A stretch of DNA of 64,000 nucleotides from Octopus vulgaris (GCA_951406725.2 OX597828.1:51522001-51586000), one strand, 5' to 3'; numbered from the stretch's first letter, positions 39,001 through 57,250 are shown. Notes: generated by a model not told the origin, from the sequence alone. Translations and numbers: made by a program.

Positions 39001-39869
39001 ACAATCTTTACTTAATCGCAGATCGTAGATCGAAGCACTTTGTTTTAAATAGCCCAACTGGTTATTCAGTGAACGCGTGTGCGATTCTCAAAATATTTGG
39101 TTTGTTTGAGCAACATTTGTAGGCATAGGGACAAGGGTGATGCGCCAGCTGACAAGGCTATATCCAAAGATGTCACCAATGGTATTTGGGGCCGCTTACT
39201 TTCAGTATTAACTATCTTTTTAATTCAATTATTAGCATGTGCATCCGTGTAAGGGTAATGCATTTAAATTAAGAAGTGGAACAAAAATAATTGACATACA
39301 AAATGTCAGAACTCAACCGCAAACACGAATTGAAAACATGAATACCACACACAGACACACACACACGCACTCCCGCTCTCACATACATCCACACACGCGC
39401 GCACACAAACATGCACACACATACACATACACATACACATAAATACATGTACGCGCATATACACATGCACACATGGGTAAATATTGTAAAAGATTTTCAG
39501 AGGTAATTTTATATGGGTGCTAATGCCAGAAGGCTAGTTCTTGCTCTTTGGTGAGGTCGTATATAATGGTTGTAGAAATAATTGCACAATTGAGATCTAG
39601 CACGTTTGATAAAACTCATCTCTCGCTTGAATATCTTTATGTGTTACATATCTGTAGGTTAATCAACCAATCGAGTAAATATTACAAGTAAATTAACATC
39701 CACAGTCAGTTTGAAGTATATTTACAAATCTCATATTACATATCTCTCAAAAAATATTATCTCATGTCATAAATTCAATGTGTTAAATTGATTGTATATT
39801 AAGTTGACACGCTTCATTGAAAATGTGTAGAAAATGTCTAAAATCGAAAATATTATGTCGTATTAATAT

Positions 39870-40088
39870 TCGTTTCAAATTTTGGCACAAGGCCAGTAAT
39901 TCGAATTTTGGCACAAGGCCAGTAATTACATCGGCCTCAGTTCTCAAATGCTACTTATTTAATCGATCCCGAAATGATGAAAGACAAAGTTGAATTCGGC
40001 GTAATATGAAATCAGAATGTAAAAGGCGGCCGAGATGAGGCGAAGCATTTTAACTTGCGCAGTAAGGATTCTGCCAGCTTGATGCCTT
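39870..40088 (-). mobile_element. SINE family C-type, degenerate, with a local duplication of a 24-bp segment
   Basis: gatgaaagacaaagttga block; aattttggcacaaggccagtaatt occurs twice. Confidence 0.65.
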
Positions 40089-41452
40089 TTGTATTAATAA
40101 TATTGACTTTTAACAATAGCTAGTATCCGCAAATACAGAAATATGCCACCTCAGTTGTTTTCCCACAGCTGAAGACTACCTTAATCACAAAGCTAATCAC
40201 GCCTAATTAAAGCTACTTTGTGTAGCTGCCTAATAGCTACACCTGTGAGAATATTCAGACTCATTATAGTAAGCTAGCGAATTACAACCGAATCGTATAT
40301 TGTTTTTCTTGTTAAATGAACATAAAATAACTGTATTTACTTTGAGAGCTTTGTGCAAAGTGAGAATGAATCATCTTGCCCTAAGCACACCCAATTAACT
40401 AGACTACATCAGTTATCAAAATTCCTATAAAGAATTTGATCACAATCATATGTAAGTCTATTATCGATATATATTTTCGGGAAAATATTATAATCATTTT
40501 ATGTTATATTCTCCGACTACGATGCATTAATAGAGTTAATTACACAAGAGGATTTATGAAATATTAATGTATTTTTGCTTTTGCATTTCTGTCTTATAGT
40601 CACACTATAAGACTAAGTTACTCCAGATTAAGGCCGTGTAGATTATACCATGAATTCCATGAACGTTGTTCATTTGAGATTAACCATCCGGATGCATTTA
40701 AGCTTCACGCAAGGGCAGTTAGGCATCCACGTCTGATTGTTGGTAGATGGAATTTCATTTCAAATCATTATACATTTTCTCCGTCATACATGTAGCGTTC
40801 AATTTCCTGTCTATAAACTATTACTTGGCTCAATGATCTTGTAAAATTTAAGGCCATATTTTCTCTGAATTGTTTGCGATAAAATTTCAACCGTGGATAA
40901 GATAATTTAGTAACTTGTCTTCAGTTCTTGCTTCTAAAGTTAAAATTTCATTAAGAGAGCAATAATGTAAGGAGTAATATTTGCCCTACTATATATATAT
41001 GTTGCCTATATTTTCTATAGAACATTAGACTTCTTGTATGACTCAAGTTTTACGCCGCTGCAATATTCAGGCGAGTGCTGTTATAACCTGCTTTTAGAGT
41101 TACATTCGTATTACTTGGTGTGTCTCATGCCTGTTCTCTGCATTTGTTTAAACTTTTCATTTGCTGATTGACTTCCACCATTTTGTGTTACTTCATCAAA
41201 TAAGTTTTAGATAAGAGGATATATTTCAAATTTGCATATTTATTGCAAATTTATTTAATTTGTAAAGTTTGTTTTGAATTGCACGAGGGTTAATACTGAA
41301 CTGGCATGCTTCAAATACATTGGTTTTGTGACACCAATTAAAAAAATAGCCTGGTTGATTGGGGTGTGGTGATTAGAATATATTTTCGTTTTATCCTTTT
41401 AGTTACGTACAGGCATTAAAGATATCTATATCTTTCTGTTTATAAACACACA

Positions 41453-41484
<32 letters not shown>

Positions 41485-41510
41485 TATGTATATATATATT
41501 TATATATATT

Positions 41511-41873
41511 CTTCTGGTCGGGTAACCCATTCCGCTCAAAAAGAACCTGAATAAGGGTTGTTTAAGGATGATGAACGAAACACCCATGTTTCCAAAGGTG
41601 AATTATTCAGGCCCCAAAGAATCCCTCTCAACACATGGCTATGCTGCTCTACCACTACTTCTGCTCGTGTTCAGAAATGCTCTTATCGTCAGCCCCTAAG
41701 GGACATGGTCAACTGGTTATGGTCAAACAACTGACAAGAAAATCTGTGGCATTGAGCAGAATATTTGCTGTAGCCCATCTTTTATACCAAAACAAAACAA
41801 TGTACATGATAACACTTCCAAACAGTTAGATCAGAAGCCATGAGAGCTACTGCCTGGTACTGCATCAGGGCAT
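41511..41873 (-). mobile_element. Family X element, 5' portion
   Basis: Homologous to 46258-46615; abuts a short (ATT)n run. Confidence 0.8.
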
Positions 41874-41892
41874 TATTATTATTATTATTATT

Positions 41893-41988
41893 GAGTGAGA
41901 GAGCAGTTCATGCCATCAAAGTGACACTGGGGTAAAATATACGAAGCCCAGTATACCCATCATGACTACCCATCTGATAAGGGTACAC

Positions 41989-41989
<1 letters not shown>
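41893..41989 (-). mobile_element. Family X element, 3' fragment
   Basis: Homologous to 46068-46165 and 34579-34660. Confidence 0.8.
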
Positions 41990-46067
<4,078 letters not shown>

Positions 46068-46615
46068 GAGTGAGAGAGCAGTGCAAACCATCAAAGTCAC
46101 ACTGGGGTAAAATATACGAAGCCCATAACAACCATCATTACTACTCGTCTGATAAGGATACACGAGGCACATACATCACTGCTATATGTAAGCGACATGG
46201 TGATCTCATATCGATATTAACAGCTCATGACCTTGCAGGTAGGGTCCAATTAGAATATTCTTCAGGTCGACTAGCCCATCTCACTACCGTGAATAAGGGT
46301 TGGTTGAGGATGTTGACAAAAACACCCATGTTTCCAGAGATGAGTTATCCCAATCCCAAAGGATTTCTCTTAACACATGGCTATGATGCTCTCCCACTAC
46401 TTCTGCTCATGAGCGGATATGCACATATCGTTGGCCACGAAAGGACATGTTCAATGGCTAAGGTCAAACAACTGACAGGCAATCTTTTGGTATTGAGCAA
46501 AACATTTGCTGTTGCTCATCTTGTTTACCAAGAATATATAATGTACATGATAACCCTTCCTATCAGTTAAGATCAGAAACCATGAGAGCCACTGCCTGGT
46601 ACTGCATCAAGGCAT
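46068..46615 (-). mobile_element. Family X non-coding element, apparently complete (~550 bp)
   Basis: Minus strand starts atgccttgatgcagtaccaggcagtgg and ends cactgctctctcactc-(AAT)n; three other partial copies in the window. Confidence 0.8.
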
Positions 46616-46644
46616 TTAATCATCATCATCATCATCACCATACA

Positions 46645-47490
46645 CATATGGATAGGCGTGATGTGTCGCAAGAAGCTTGTTTCCCAACCGCATGAGTCCT
46701 AGTCAGTCTCACTGCTGCGTGGCACGTTGAGCAAGTATAGATGCGGGTAAACGAAAGCCTTATGAGTTTATTTGGAAATTGAAAGGACCCCTAGTGCATA
46801 TGTGTGTGAGGGGGGTGTATCTGTGTGTGTGTGTGTGTGCGTGTATGCGTGTGTGGTGTTTGTGGCTTCCTGACCGTGCATGTCTCCTACCACTGCTGTT
46901 GTTCTACCACAACTGATCTTATGCTTATGTCCTGTAAGTTAGCGATAAGGCCTAAGTGACCGATAGAATAAATACTAGTACTCTTTTACTCCTTTACTTG
47001 TTTCAGTCATTTGACTGCGGCCATGCTGGAGCACCGCCTTTAGTCGAGCAAATCGACCCCGGGACTTATTCATTTTTGTAAGCCCAGTACTTATTCTATC
47101 GGTCTCTTTTGCCGAACCGCTAATTGACGGGGACGTAAACACACCAGCATCGGTTGTCACGCAATGCTAGGGGGACAAACACAGACACACAAATATACAT
47201 GCACACACAAATATATATATACATGTATACGACAGGCTTCTTTCAGTTTCCGTCTACCAAATCCACTCACAAGGCATTGGTCGGCCCGGGGCTATAGCAG
47301 AAGACACTTGCCCAAGATGCCACGCAGTGGGACTGAACCCGGAACCATGTGGTTGGTTAGCAAGCTACTTACCACACAGCCACTCCTGCGCCTAGGTTTA
47401 GAAAAATCTATCTGGGATAGATTCATTCGACCTACAATTCCTTGTCCCAGCATGGTTGTAGTCTAATGACTGAAACTTGTACAATTCAAA
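46645..47490 (+). mobile_element. Old SINE A copy split by a younger antisense SINE A
   Basis: Degenerate A sequence runs to gatagaataaatactag and resumes at about 47395 with ccagcatgg...aatgactgaaac. Confidence 0.65.
46979..47394 (-). mobile_element. SINE family A, young full-length copy
   Basis: Near-identical to 35290-35726. Confidence 0.88.
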
Positions 47491-48041
47491 AGGTAACGAG
47501 TAAACTTCATATATATCAACATCTAACCTCTTTTACTATTCTGATAAATATGGCGCTAATTGGCATTCGAACATTTAGAGAATATTGACGTTTTTGTTGT
47601 TGTCAGTGTTTGGTATTTGAATATTAGCAACAATTTTATTTTTTAATCTCACAAATTTGATAGTACAATTGATAAAACGTATTTAAAAAAAGAAACAATA
47701 TCAGTTAATTAATCGCGTGGGAGATTTGGAAGAAAAATGTAATTTGAAGAGATAAAATAGATACTTTTTTGATAATGTGTCTATAATTGCATTTCCAACA
47801 AGCTGTTCATTCAAGGCTGAAGTATCTATACTCTTTTTACAAGGGGGAAATAAAATCGGCTCTTCAATAGTGTGCATTTCTTTAATTATAAATGTAATAT
47901 TTATCAGAATTTGTTCTCACGACCTGTTATAATTAATTTTTTTTTCTGCACCTCACCGATTGAATATTTTATTTCTTCCCTACATAGAATGGATTCTCCC
48001 TGAATCTTTTACCGTTGCCGCCAATTATACCGTGAGCACCA

Positions 48042-48132
<91 letters not shown>

Positions 48133-48200
48133 GTGTGTGTGTACGTGTACACAGTGACACACACATGCACACATATATGTATATTTCTATATGAAATACC

Positions 48201-48433
48201 TATTTCTTTACTTCCCACAAGGGGCTAAACACAGAGAGGACAAACAAGGACAGACAAACGGATTAAGTCAATTATATCGACCCCAGTGCGTAACTGGTAC
48301 TTAATTTATCGACCCCGAAAGGATGAAAGGCAAAGTCGACCTTGGCGGAATTGGAACTCAGAACGTAACGGCAGACGGGATACGGCTACGCAATTCGCCC
48401 GGCGTGCTAACGTTTCTGCCAGCTCGCCGCCTT
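48201..48433 (-). mobile_element. SINE family C with 19-bp TSD
   Basis: TSD tatttctatatgaaatacc at 48182-48200 and 48434-48452. Confidence 0.9.
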
Positions 48434-48556
48434 TATTTCTATATGAAATACCGTTTACCACTTCGCCCGATGTTCTAACGATTCTGCAATGTTACCACCA
48501 TAACAATAATAACAATTAAGTATTTATGTATGTATGTATGAATGTATGTATGTATG

Positions 48557-48673
<117 letters not shown>

Positions 48674-49902
48674 GTGTGTGTATGTGAGTATATATTTAAA
48701 TATATGCATATGTCCATTAAGTATAAATGTCTATTCTGCCTTTCAGAAACTCTATACCTCGTGCACATAAAGGAATATATAATCCAGCACTTAATTCAAA
48801 ATTCTTCAGCTATAACATAAAACGCTGCTGACTGGGCACATTTTAACCGCTGTCAACCATACTTTATACTTAAATATGATAAAAGTGACTTCTCTCGACA
48901 CCATTTTACTCCTGTAATGAACTCTTCAGACCTTCAAAACTTGATCTTGTTATAGACAATAAATTATTATTAGATTCTTTTTTCTTTACTGAAATTAAGG
49001 CATTAAGGCGTTTATATTCTTTACACCTCTTCCAGAACACCATCGCTCATCTGAAACGGCTTCACAGTATGCAACAATCAGGAAACTGTTAAGATCTTCC
49101 TAATTTATCTGGTATTTCTGCTTTTACTACTTGTAGAATAAATATGGACTTTCCTGGCGATCAACCTATCATCTTTGTTAAGTATTTTTTATTTCAGTTC
49201 GCTAGAAACTTAAAGTAACTGAAATGGGTGAAAAAAATCTTCCCTGCCAAGAATTTCATAGAGAAAAAAAATGTTTCTAAATTTACTGATGTTAATGTGG
49301 CGTGATATCTATCATTCTTGCAGAAAATTGAGCTGTACCGCCCGCTTGTTTTTATTTTTAAAAGTGTAAAGTTGAAGTTTCCTTTTCCTCAAGCAGTATC
49401 TGCCGTTCATCAACCTTTCACAAGCTTATACAGAAAGATCTCCTCACATTATCTTGATCACATTTTCCCATCAACTGTTTTACGATATTTCTATCCAGCA
49501 AACTAGAAAATACAGACATATCTTTAATGACTAACAGAACTGGACATGGCAGTTATTATTCTACTCTATCGTAAGCTCTGGATTATATTGCATCTTGGTT
49601 GCAATATCTACTTTGTAAATATGAATCTACGAACATGTCATATCCACGTACATCACACATATTCAGTCATACAATATTTGTGATTGGAGAAGAATAGTTG
49701 ATTTCGTCCACTCCAGTATTCATGTGATACATATTTCAGCGCCCCCGCCCCAGAGATGAAACCAAAGTCGACTTCAGACTGTTATTCGTGCGATTACGCT
49801 AGAAACAAAAATGGTGGTGACAAACAGTTGACAATTGCAAAATACCAATTAAAGTCAAGTTACAGGTAGATAAAATTAGTGCGTTCAGCCAACCTAATGA
49901 CA

Positions 49903-49982
49903 TTACAAAGGATAAAAGACAAGAATTAAGTAGCAAAATAGAAGCATAAAGAGTAAAAAGTATTAAAAAGAACATAGGCAGC

Positions 49983-50027
<45 letters not shown>

Positions 50028-50067
50028 CTTTTACGTTTATATATTTGTTTTGCAAGATTTTTGATGT
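49903..50067. repeat. Direct repeat, copy 1 (copy 2 at 51352-51615)
   Basis: ttacaaaggataaaagacaaga...cataggcagcaga(TA)n-catacttttacg...gatgt in both. Confidence 0.85.
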
Positions 50068-50498
50068 ACAATTCTGGAAATAAAATGATGCTATATATAT
50101 GTTCTTTCTTTCTTTCGTTCTTTCGTTCTTTCTTTCTTTCTTTCTTTCTTGAACCATATGCTAATGCTACCTCATTTCAGTGAAGTAAGATTTCATTCAC
50201 CAAATCAACAATGCGTAAATCTGATGAGTTGAAAGCTTCTAGCATTGCTAAAATAACACATTATTTATTTCGTAAACTAAATTTTAATACTCGAACAATA
50301 ACCTTTCGGTAACCTGTCGAAGAAAAACAGTTGTAAAATTATGTAAAAAAATGTCCAGTTGTTCACTTCATTTTCTTTTTTCATAAACATACACACATAC
50401 ATACATTACACAATCATACACAAACACACACAAACACATATGTATGTATTAATATATGTCTATCTCTCTATCCACCTCTCTCTCTCTCTCTTTCTAAA

Positions 50499-50534
<36 letters not shown>

Positions 50535-50613
50535 AGTATATACATATCTATAAGTTTATCGATATGTACGTATATATAACATATACACACAAACACACAC
50601 ACACATATATACA

Positions 50614-50652
<39 letters not shown>

Positions 50653-50679
50653 GGAGAGAGAGAGAGATACATGCATGCA

Positions 50680-50890
50680 TTTGTGTGTCTGTATTTGCCC
50701 CCCAACCATCACTTCACACCGATCTTGTTGTGTTTATATACCTGTCACCTAGCGTTTCGGTAAAGGAACCGATATAATAAGTACTAGTCTTTCAAAAAAT
50801 AGTCCTGTGCAAGTGGGGGGCGATTTGTTGACTAAAGGCGGTGCTGAAGCATGGCTGCAGTCAAATGACTGAAACATAGAAATGAAAACA
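50680..50890 (+). mobile_element. SINE family A, 3' part
   Basis: ataagtactag, ctaaaggcggtgct and cagtcaaatgactgaaac blocks. Confidence 0.7.
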
Positions 50891-50901
50891 GAAAAAAAAT
50901 A

Positions 50902-51011
<110 letters not shown>

Positions 51012-51351
51012 GAATGCGAGGAATAGGTACGTTGGGTAAATGGTATAGTTGTTTGATCATTAGGTTCTAAGATCACAGCTAAGTTTGCATCTAGGGATCG
51101 GTGTTAGGAGCCAGTTATTGCATGCATACATTATATTAGAAAAAAACCCATCAAAACCATGGCTTAACGCCTATCTCAAGTCATTTAGAAGAGTTTAATT
51201 AGGGTAAAGTGAATTTCAATCCTTACAGCTGTTTCTGGGAAACTCAAGTTGTTGGTTAGCATATCCGTGCCCTGGGTATTCCGTCAAACAGAAACAAAAT
51301 ATGAATATTTCAGACGGGTAAAATTTACCTTGCAAGGAATACAATTCTTAG

Positions 51352-51615
<264 letters not shown>

Positions 51616-51688
51616 GAAATCGTGTGTTGAAACAGATATTGTTGTATTTATTGGCTAAACTGGCAAAATAACCTTTCCTAAATACAAC

Positions 51689-51745
<57 letters not shown>

Positions 51746-52000
51746 ACACACATATATATATATGATGTATTTATAAGCACGCATACACACTTGCATTCTT
51801 TTTCTTTTTCTTTCTTCCAATCTTTCTCAGTGATTCCTCTGTTTTTTACATTATCAACCCTCACTCTATTTAGAATGTTTTTACTTCCATTTTTTCTCAT
51901 AGAAAATGTCTACGCTCATTCCTTCTAATATTTTATTATATTTTATATTGGACTCATATGCGATCATTATTTTTTAATTTAAACGTACGTGTGCCTAAAG

Positions 52001-52136
<136 letters not shown>

Positions 52137-52238
52137 TATATATATATATATATATTTTAAAATATATATCCATATATACATATATATATTCATATTTATA
52201 TATATGTAAGTACATGTATGTAAATGTGTAAGTATATT

Positions 52239-52287
<49 letters not shown>

Positions 52288-53207
52288 GTCCCTGTGTGTA
52301 CGGATATATATGCGTATATATCTATATATACGTATACACGCACAAGTATATATAAATGTAAAAGCACACACAAATCCACACATACACACAAACACACACT
52401 CACAAACACATATATACAGACACTTACAAATATTCGCATGTATATGTGTGTGTGAGCGGGCGAGCGTGTGTATAGACTAATGTTAAGAAACGGAAGAACG
52501 CGTTATAGTTAAAGCTATTGATTAAATAAATTTAGTGGCAAGGGTTTATTTTTTTCTAGAAAAACTATACTTTTTATTCACTCTCTTTGTTTTTGCACTT
52601 AACATTTAAAATTTTATTTCAATAGAAAGCACTTATTAAACTACGCCACTCTATTCCTCTTCTGCTCCCATCGTGACTTCATTCAGTTTAAGCCAAAAAA
52701 AGCTATAGAAATGAATTTTTTCTCTCGCATCTAATTCAAGATTAGCATCATATTCAAAGATTTCCGTTATTTTTAGTATATTCCATGTATGTATTCTACG
52801 TAAGACTATAAAAACCGGTAATTTTGTTCTAAATTTCTGTATCGTACAAAGACCGAATATGTGGCACTTGGATTAACCATTACTGAAATTATTTGTTGAA
52901 AATGAAATCTATAAATTAAGTTCTTTATTTTGTTTCGAGAACATTTTTTGTGTCGTATTGGCCGCCTCAATGTTATATGTGCTAAATTTATCTGTCTCTC
53001 TGTCTGTCTTTCTGTCTGTCTACCTGTCTCTCCCCCTCTCTCTCTCTCCATCTCTCTCTGTCAAAAGACCTCCCCCACAAACACACCCAACCAACCCAAC
53101 ACACATATACCTTAAAAAAAGAAGGGTGTCAGGATTTAGGTTCAAATTTTTACACAGGAATCCATCATGAAACAAACGTCATATTAAACAATCTATACAT
53201 AGACATA

Positions 53208-53293
<86 letters not shown>

Positions 53294-53324
53294 CATACAT
53301 TCATACACGTGTGTCTATATTTGT

Positions 53325-53915
53325 GTGGTGTCCCACAAGGCACTGTGTTGGGCTCCTACTTCTCTTCATCATCTACATTAATTACATCACTGACATCATC
53401 AAACACAGTAACATCAGAATCTTTGCTGATGATTCCAAGCTCCAGAAGGTCGTGGATGACCGGATAAACCTTCAGTCAGACCTACTGGCTGTTGTCCAAT
53501 GGGCGGAAAAGAACAACTTGTTGCTAAACGAAGACAAAGGGAGGACACTCTGAAACTCCCATACTCCCTTCCTTCGGGTGAAATTCTCATGGCGTCTAAC
53601 AACATCAGAGAGTAATTGTGGACAACAACATAAGCTGGGCTACACATATAAGCAGCAAAGTTGACGTGGCCCGCAGAATGTGTTCCTGGATTCTCAGAAC
53701 CTTCGAGTCGAGAGATTTCTACACCATTATCCTTCTCTTCTCCACTTTTGCCCGACCCCACCTTGATTACTGCTGTCCACTGTGGTCTCCCTACACGAAA
53801 CGGAATATTATGAAAGTTGAAGCTCCTCAAAGGTCAATCACGAAAAAGATAGATGGCATGTCAGACCTCGACTACTGGGGTCGACTGGAAAAGCTGAAAC
53901 TATATTCACTCCATA
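53325..53915 (+). mobile_element. CR1-like LINE RT fragment
   Basis: [65 protein letters not shown]. Confidence 0.88.
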
Positions 53916-53934
53916 TATATATATGCTCACGTGC

Positions 53935-54248
53935 GACCATTTGCACATGCAGAATTTGTCTGCACAATGGATTCCCCGGATGCTCACACATTTTGAAATC
54001 TGTTTTGAAGTGGAAGCACGTTTCGGATGATGATGAACTTATTTTCGAGGCAATGTCTTGGCTCCAGATGCGTCTTGGCCCCGACTTCTCCAGTCGAGGT
54101 CTTCACAACTGCATAAAGCAACAGGAGAGAAATGTGTAACGATTGGTGGGTGGCCATATAGAGAAGAACTAATAATTATGCCAAGGTTCGTTTTACTCAG
54201 TCCATGAGAATTTAGTCAAAGGAAATCTTTAACGAACGCCCTTCGTAT
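53935..54248 (+). mobile_element. mariner 3' fragment
   Basis: LKSVLKWKHVSDDDEL...WL...DFSSRGL...; ends in TIR-like gaacgcccttcg-ta. Confidence 0.65.
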
Positions 54249-55196
54249 GTACGATCGAAAAATCTCCACTTATTTCGTTGGCTAGCGTCATGAAATCGAC
54301 TATCAACGCCTTAACATATAAGAACATATTGTTATTCACCTCAATCCTTAATATACCTTATGACATGATACTCTTACTTAGGAAACATCAAGGCAAACTG
54401 TTGCTGTGCAAATTTCTATATATATATGCCTTCATAGTCATTACGTCTTTTTATTCCCTTCTTATCAGGTATTTTAAAATAAAAGTTTGTCGTTGTTCCT
54501 GTAATATATTCCTCTCCCTGATAGTACTTCCTCACACCATTCACGCTTATTTACCTCTTCCCTCTCCTATATCTCAAATGAGGTGAACGGTGCGTGTATA
54601 CGAGTGTGAACTGGATAAATGTGGGTGCAGGGAAAAGGATTGGGAATTTAGATAAACATATACATATATACATGTGTGTGCTGGTGTGTGTCTGTATGTG
54701 GGTGTGTGAGTGTGTGCGTGTATTTGTTTGTGTGTGTGTTTGTTTGTGTCTGTGTATATGTGTGTGATCTATGAAGTGAGCGAGATGATGGGAGTCAAAA
54801 TAGTGGAAATAAAATCTTTCAGGTTAAAAGGAAATTCTTTAGTATGTAAGTGTAAAATGTAAAGGATTTAGAGCAGAAATCAATAGTCACTGAAAAATGT
54901 CAAAACACAACACAAAAAAAACAACAAAAAACAATTTCAATAATAATTTAAATCCGAGGTTTGACATATCGCTGACTGAAATCCAGTTAATATCTTAAGG
55001 CTTACGCGCGCGTATGTGTTGGTGTGTGCGCGTGTGTGTATGTGTTTGTTGCCGTAAACTAGATATATCTCCTCCTAAGTGAACGTTTTGCGCCGTTGAC
55101 ATCTGTCGGACTTATCCACTGTTGTTTCATGAATAATATATATCAATATCTCTCTATCTCTCTCTCTATCTATCTATATATATATCTATCTATTTA

Positions 55197-55232
<36 letters not shown>

Positions 55233-55273
55233 TCTATCTACATATCTCTCTATATCTATCTATATCTAGTCTG

Positions 55274-55346
<73 letters not shown>

Positions 55347-55532
55347 AATATTTGCCTAGTGAATGCAATCAATATATTTGAAAAGGCTGATCTCACAGGA
55401 GATCAAAATTCTCTTCTAATTATTAATTCTGGTTTTTATTCCGATATAAATGCATAATTAATCAAAATTCGTTCAACATAAAAGTAAATTTGCGCGATGG
55501 GATTTCATCATACAACAATTCTATACGAATAA

Positions 55533-55742
55533 CTATTTATCCATGACCGTTGTAATGAACATATGATTGTCGCAAACTCGCCGCTCTTGGCTGTAGCTTG
55601 AATCAGTGAGTTCTTGCGTGGCACATCCTTCCATAGCAGTCGTCACTGTGACAGCCGGGAGCTGTATAGCTATTGTGAGCGATGACACTCTTTGATCAAA
55701 TGACATTGTCTCCTCAGCGGAATCAGTGTGGAACGAAAACAT
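55533..55742 (-). CDS. Candidate terminal coding exon of an unknown host gene
   Basis: Unique, more GC-rich sequence; acceptor-like ttttag immediately 5' on the minus strand; one frame open for 69 codons to a TAG, the other two close early. No protein family recognised. Confidence 0.35.
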   Translation of the reverse strand: MFSFHTDSAEETMSFDQRVSSLTIAIQLPAVTVTTAMEGCATQELTDSSYSQERRVCDNHMFITTVMDK

Positions 55743-55924
55743 CTAAAAATTGTCAACAAATAACAATCCTTTTAAGTATAACTATTTTCTGAAATGTTCA
55801 GCTAAAAGTTGGAGCTTTCAATATCATTAATACAAAACTCGAAGTACAAAGACTATCGAGTTAGAGCAGAGATGTTAGGACACCAACAGTGTAGTCGACA
55901 ACGAAATGATATTAAATAATACTT

Positions 55925-56640
55925 TTTTCAGTTATTATTGCAGCCATACAGAGATATCGCCTTGAAGGGTTTAATCGAACATTTCGACCTCAGGACATAT
56001 CCTAAAGCTTAGTACTTATTCTATCGATCATATGCTTAACCGCTAAGTTACAGAGACGTAAACACACCAACACCGGTTGTAAAGTGTTGGTTGGGGACAA
56101 ACGCAGATATAATGACACACACATATAGATATATCCATTTAGGTATATACGATGGTTTTTATTTCAGTTTCTGCCTACCAGATCCATTCACAAGGCTTTG
56201 ATCAGCCTTAGGCTATAGAAGAAGCCACTTGCCCAAGGTGCCACACAGCTGGGCCGAACCTAAAACCATGTGGTTTTATTTTATTTCATGCGCCCGTTCA
56301 AGCATAGCCAGGCTCATGGGCACGGTTTCCCGGTTTCTGTGGCTTATGTGTTCCCCCTAGCTGGATAGGACGCCAGTCTATCGCAGCGTTACTCAAGAAA
56401 CAGGAAGAGAGAGTGAGAGAAAGTTGGGGCGAAAGAGCACAACAGGGCTCGCCACCACCCCCTGCCGGAGCCTCGTGGAGCTTTAGGTGTTTTCGCTCAA
56501 TGAACACACACAACGCTCGGTCTGGGAATCGAAACCGCGCTCCTCCGACAGAGAGTCCGCTGCTCTAACCACTGAGCCATCGCGCCTCCATCATGTGGTT
56601 TAGAGGCAAATTCATTACCACACAGCCACTCCTGCGCCTA
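55925..56640 (-). mobile_element. SINE family A split by a nested B1 SINE
   Basis: A blocks at 55925-56276 and 56592-56640. Confidence 0.75.
56277..56591 (-). mobile_element. tRNA-derived SINE (head B1 plus tail 2) with 10-bp TSD
   Basis: TSD catgtggttt at 56267-56276 and 56592-56601. Confidence 0.85.
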
Positions 56641-57250
56641 TGTCCAAATTTTGTTGAAAAAACACTATACCCGAGCATTCAGGAAATGCAATATTTGTTT
56701 TATGAAGGCTCTCCAACTAAAATCGAATGGGAAAAAGCTTCATTATCTGAATAGAGCAATATAATAACTAGAAGAAAAAATAAAACCTATAGTTGGTGAA
56801 GAGGGTTTGAATGAGAAATAGGGAATATATGCAGAATATATATATAAAAATATAATATTATTGGAATATGATAGACACATGAATAATGAAGAATCATTCG
56901 ATTTCAGTCACAAAGGTTATTGTTCATGAACAGTTAGTTTTTTATTGACGGTTTTTGGGAAGAAGGACTAATTTAAATGCAAGAAGACCTACTGAAATAA
57001 TGGGTTATTTTCACCGAGGAAAATTATTCGTGATATTTACTATAAATTGTCTCGTCATCATACACATGTTCGAATTGTTATCTATAATGTTTTATTGAAA
57101 TCAATAAATCAAGAAGTTAATTTGGCTATATGTAACATCGAGTTAATGTAAGGAACGTGAAATTTCAATTAATTTGGCATTAGTTGAGTCAAAACTAATG
57201 ACCGAACAACTAGAAAGTAATTTAGGATATATGGTAACTAAAAAGATTAA

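Noticed and set aside
40591-40613. 10-bp hairpin gtcttatagt-cac-actataagac as a Helitron end
   Set aside because: AT-rich, without a properly spaced CTRR end or a second copy.
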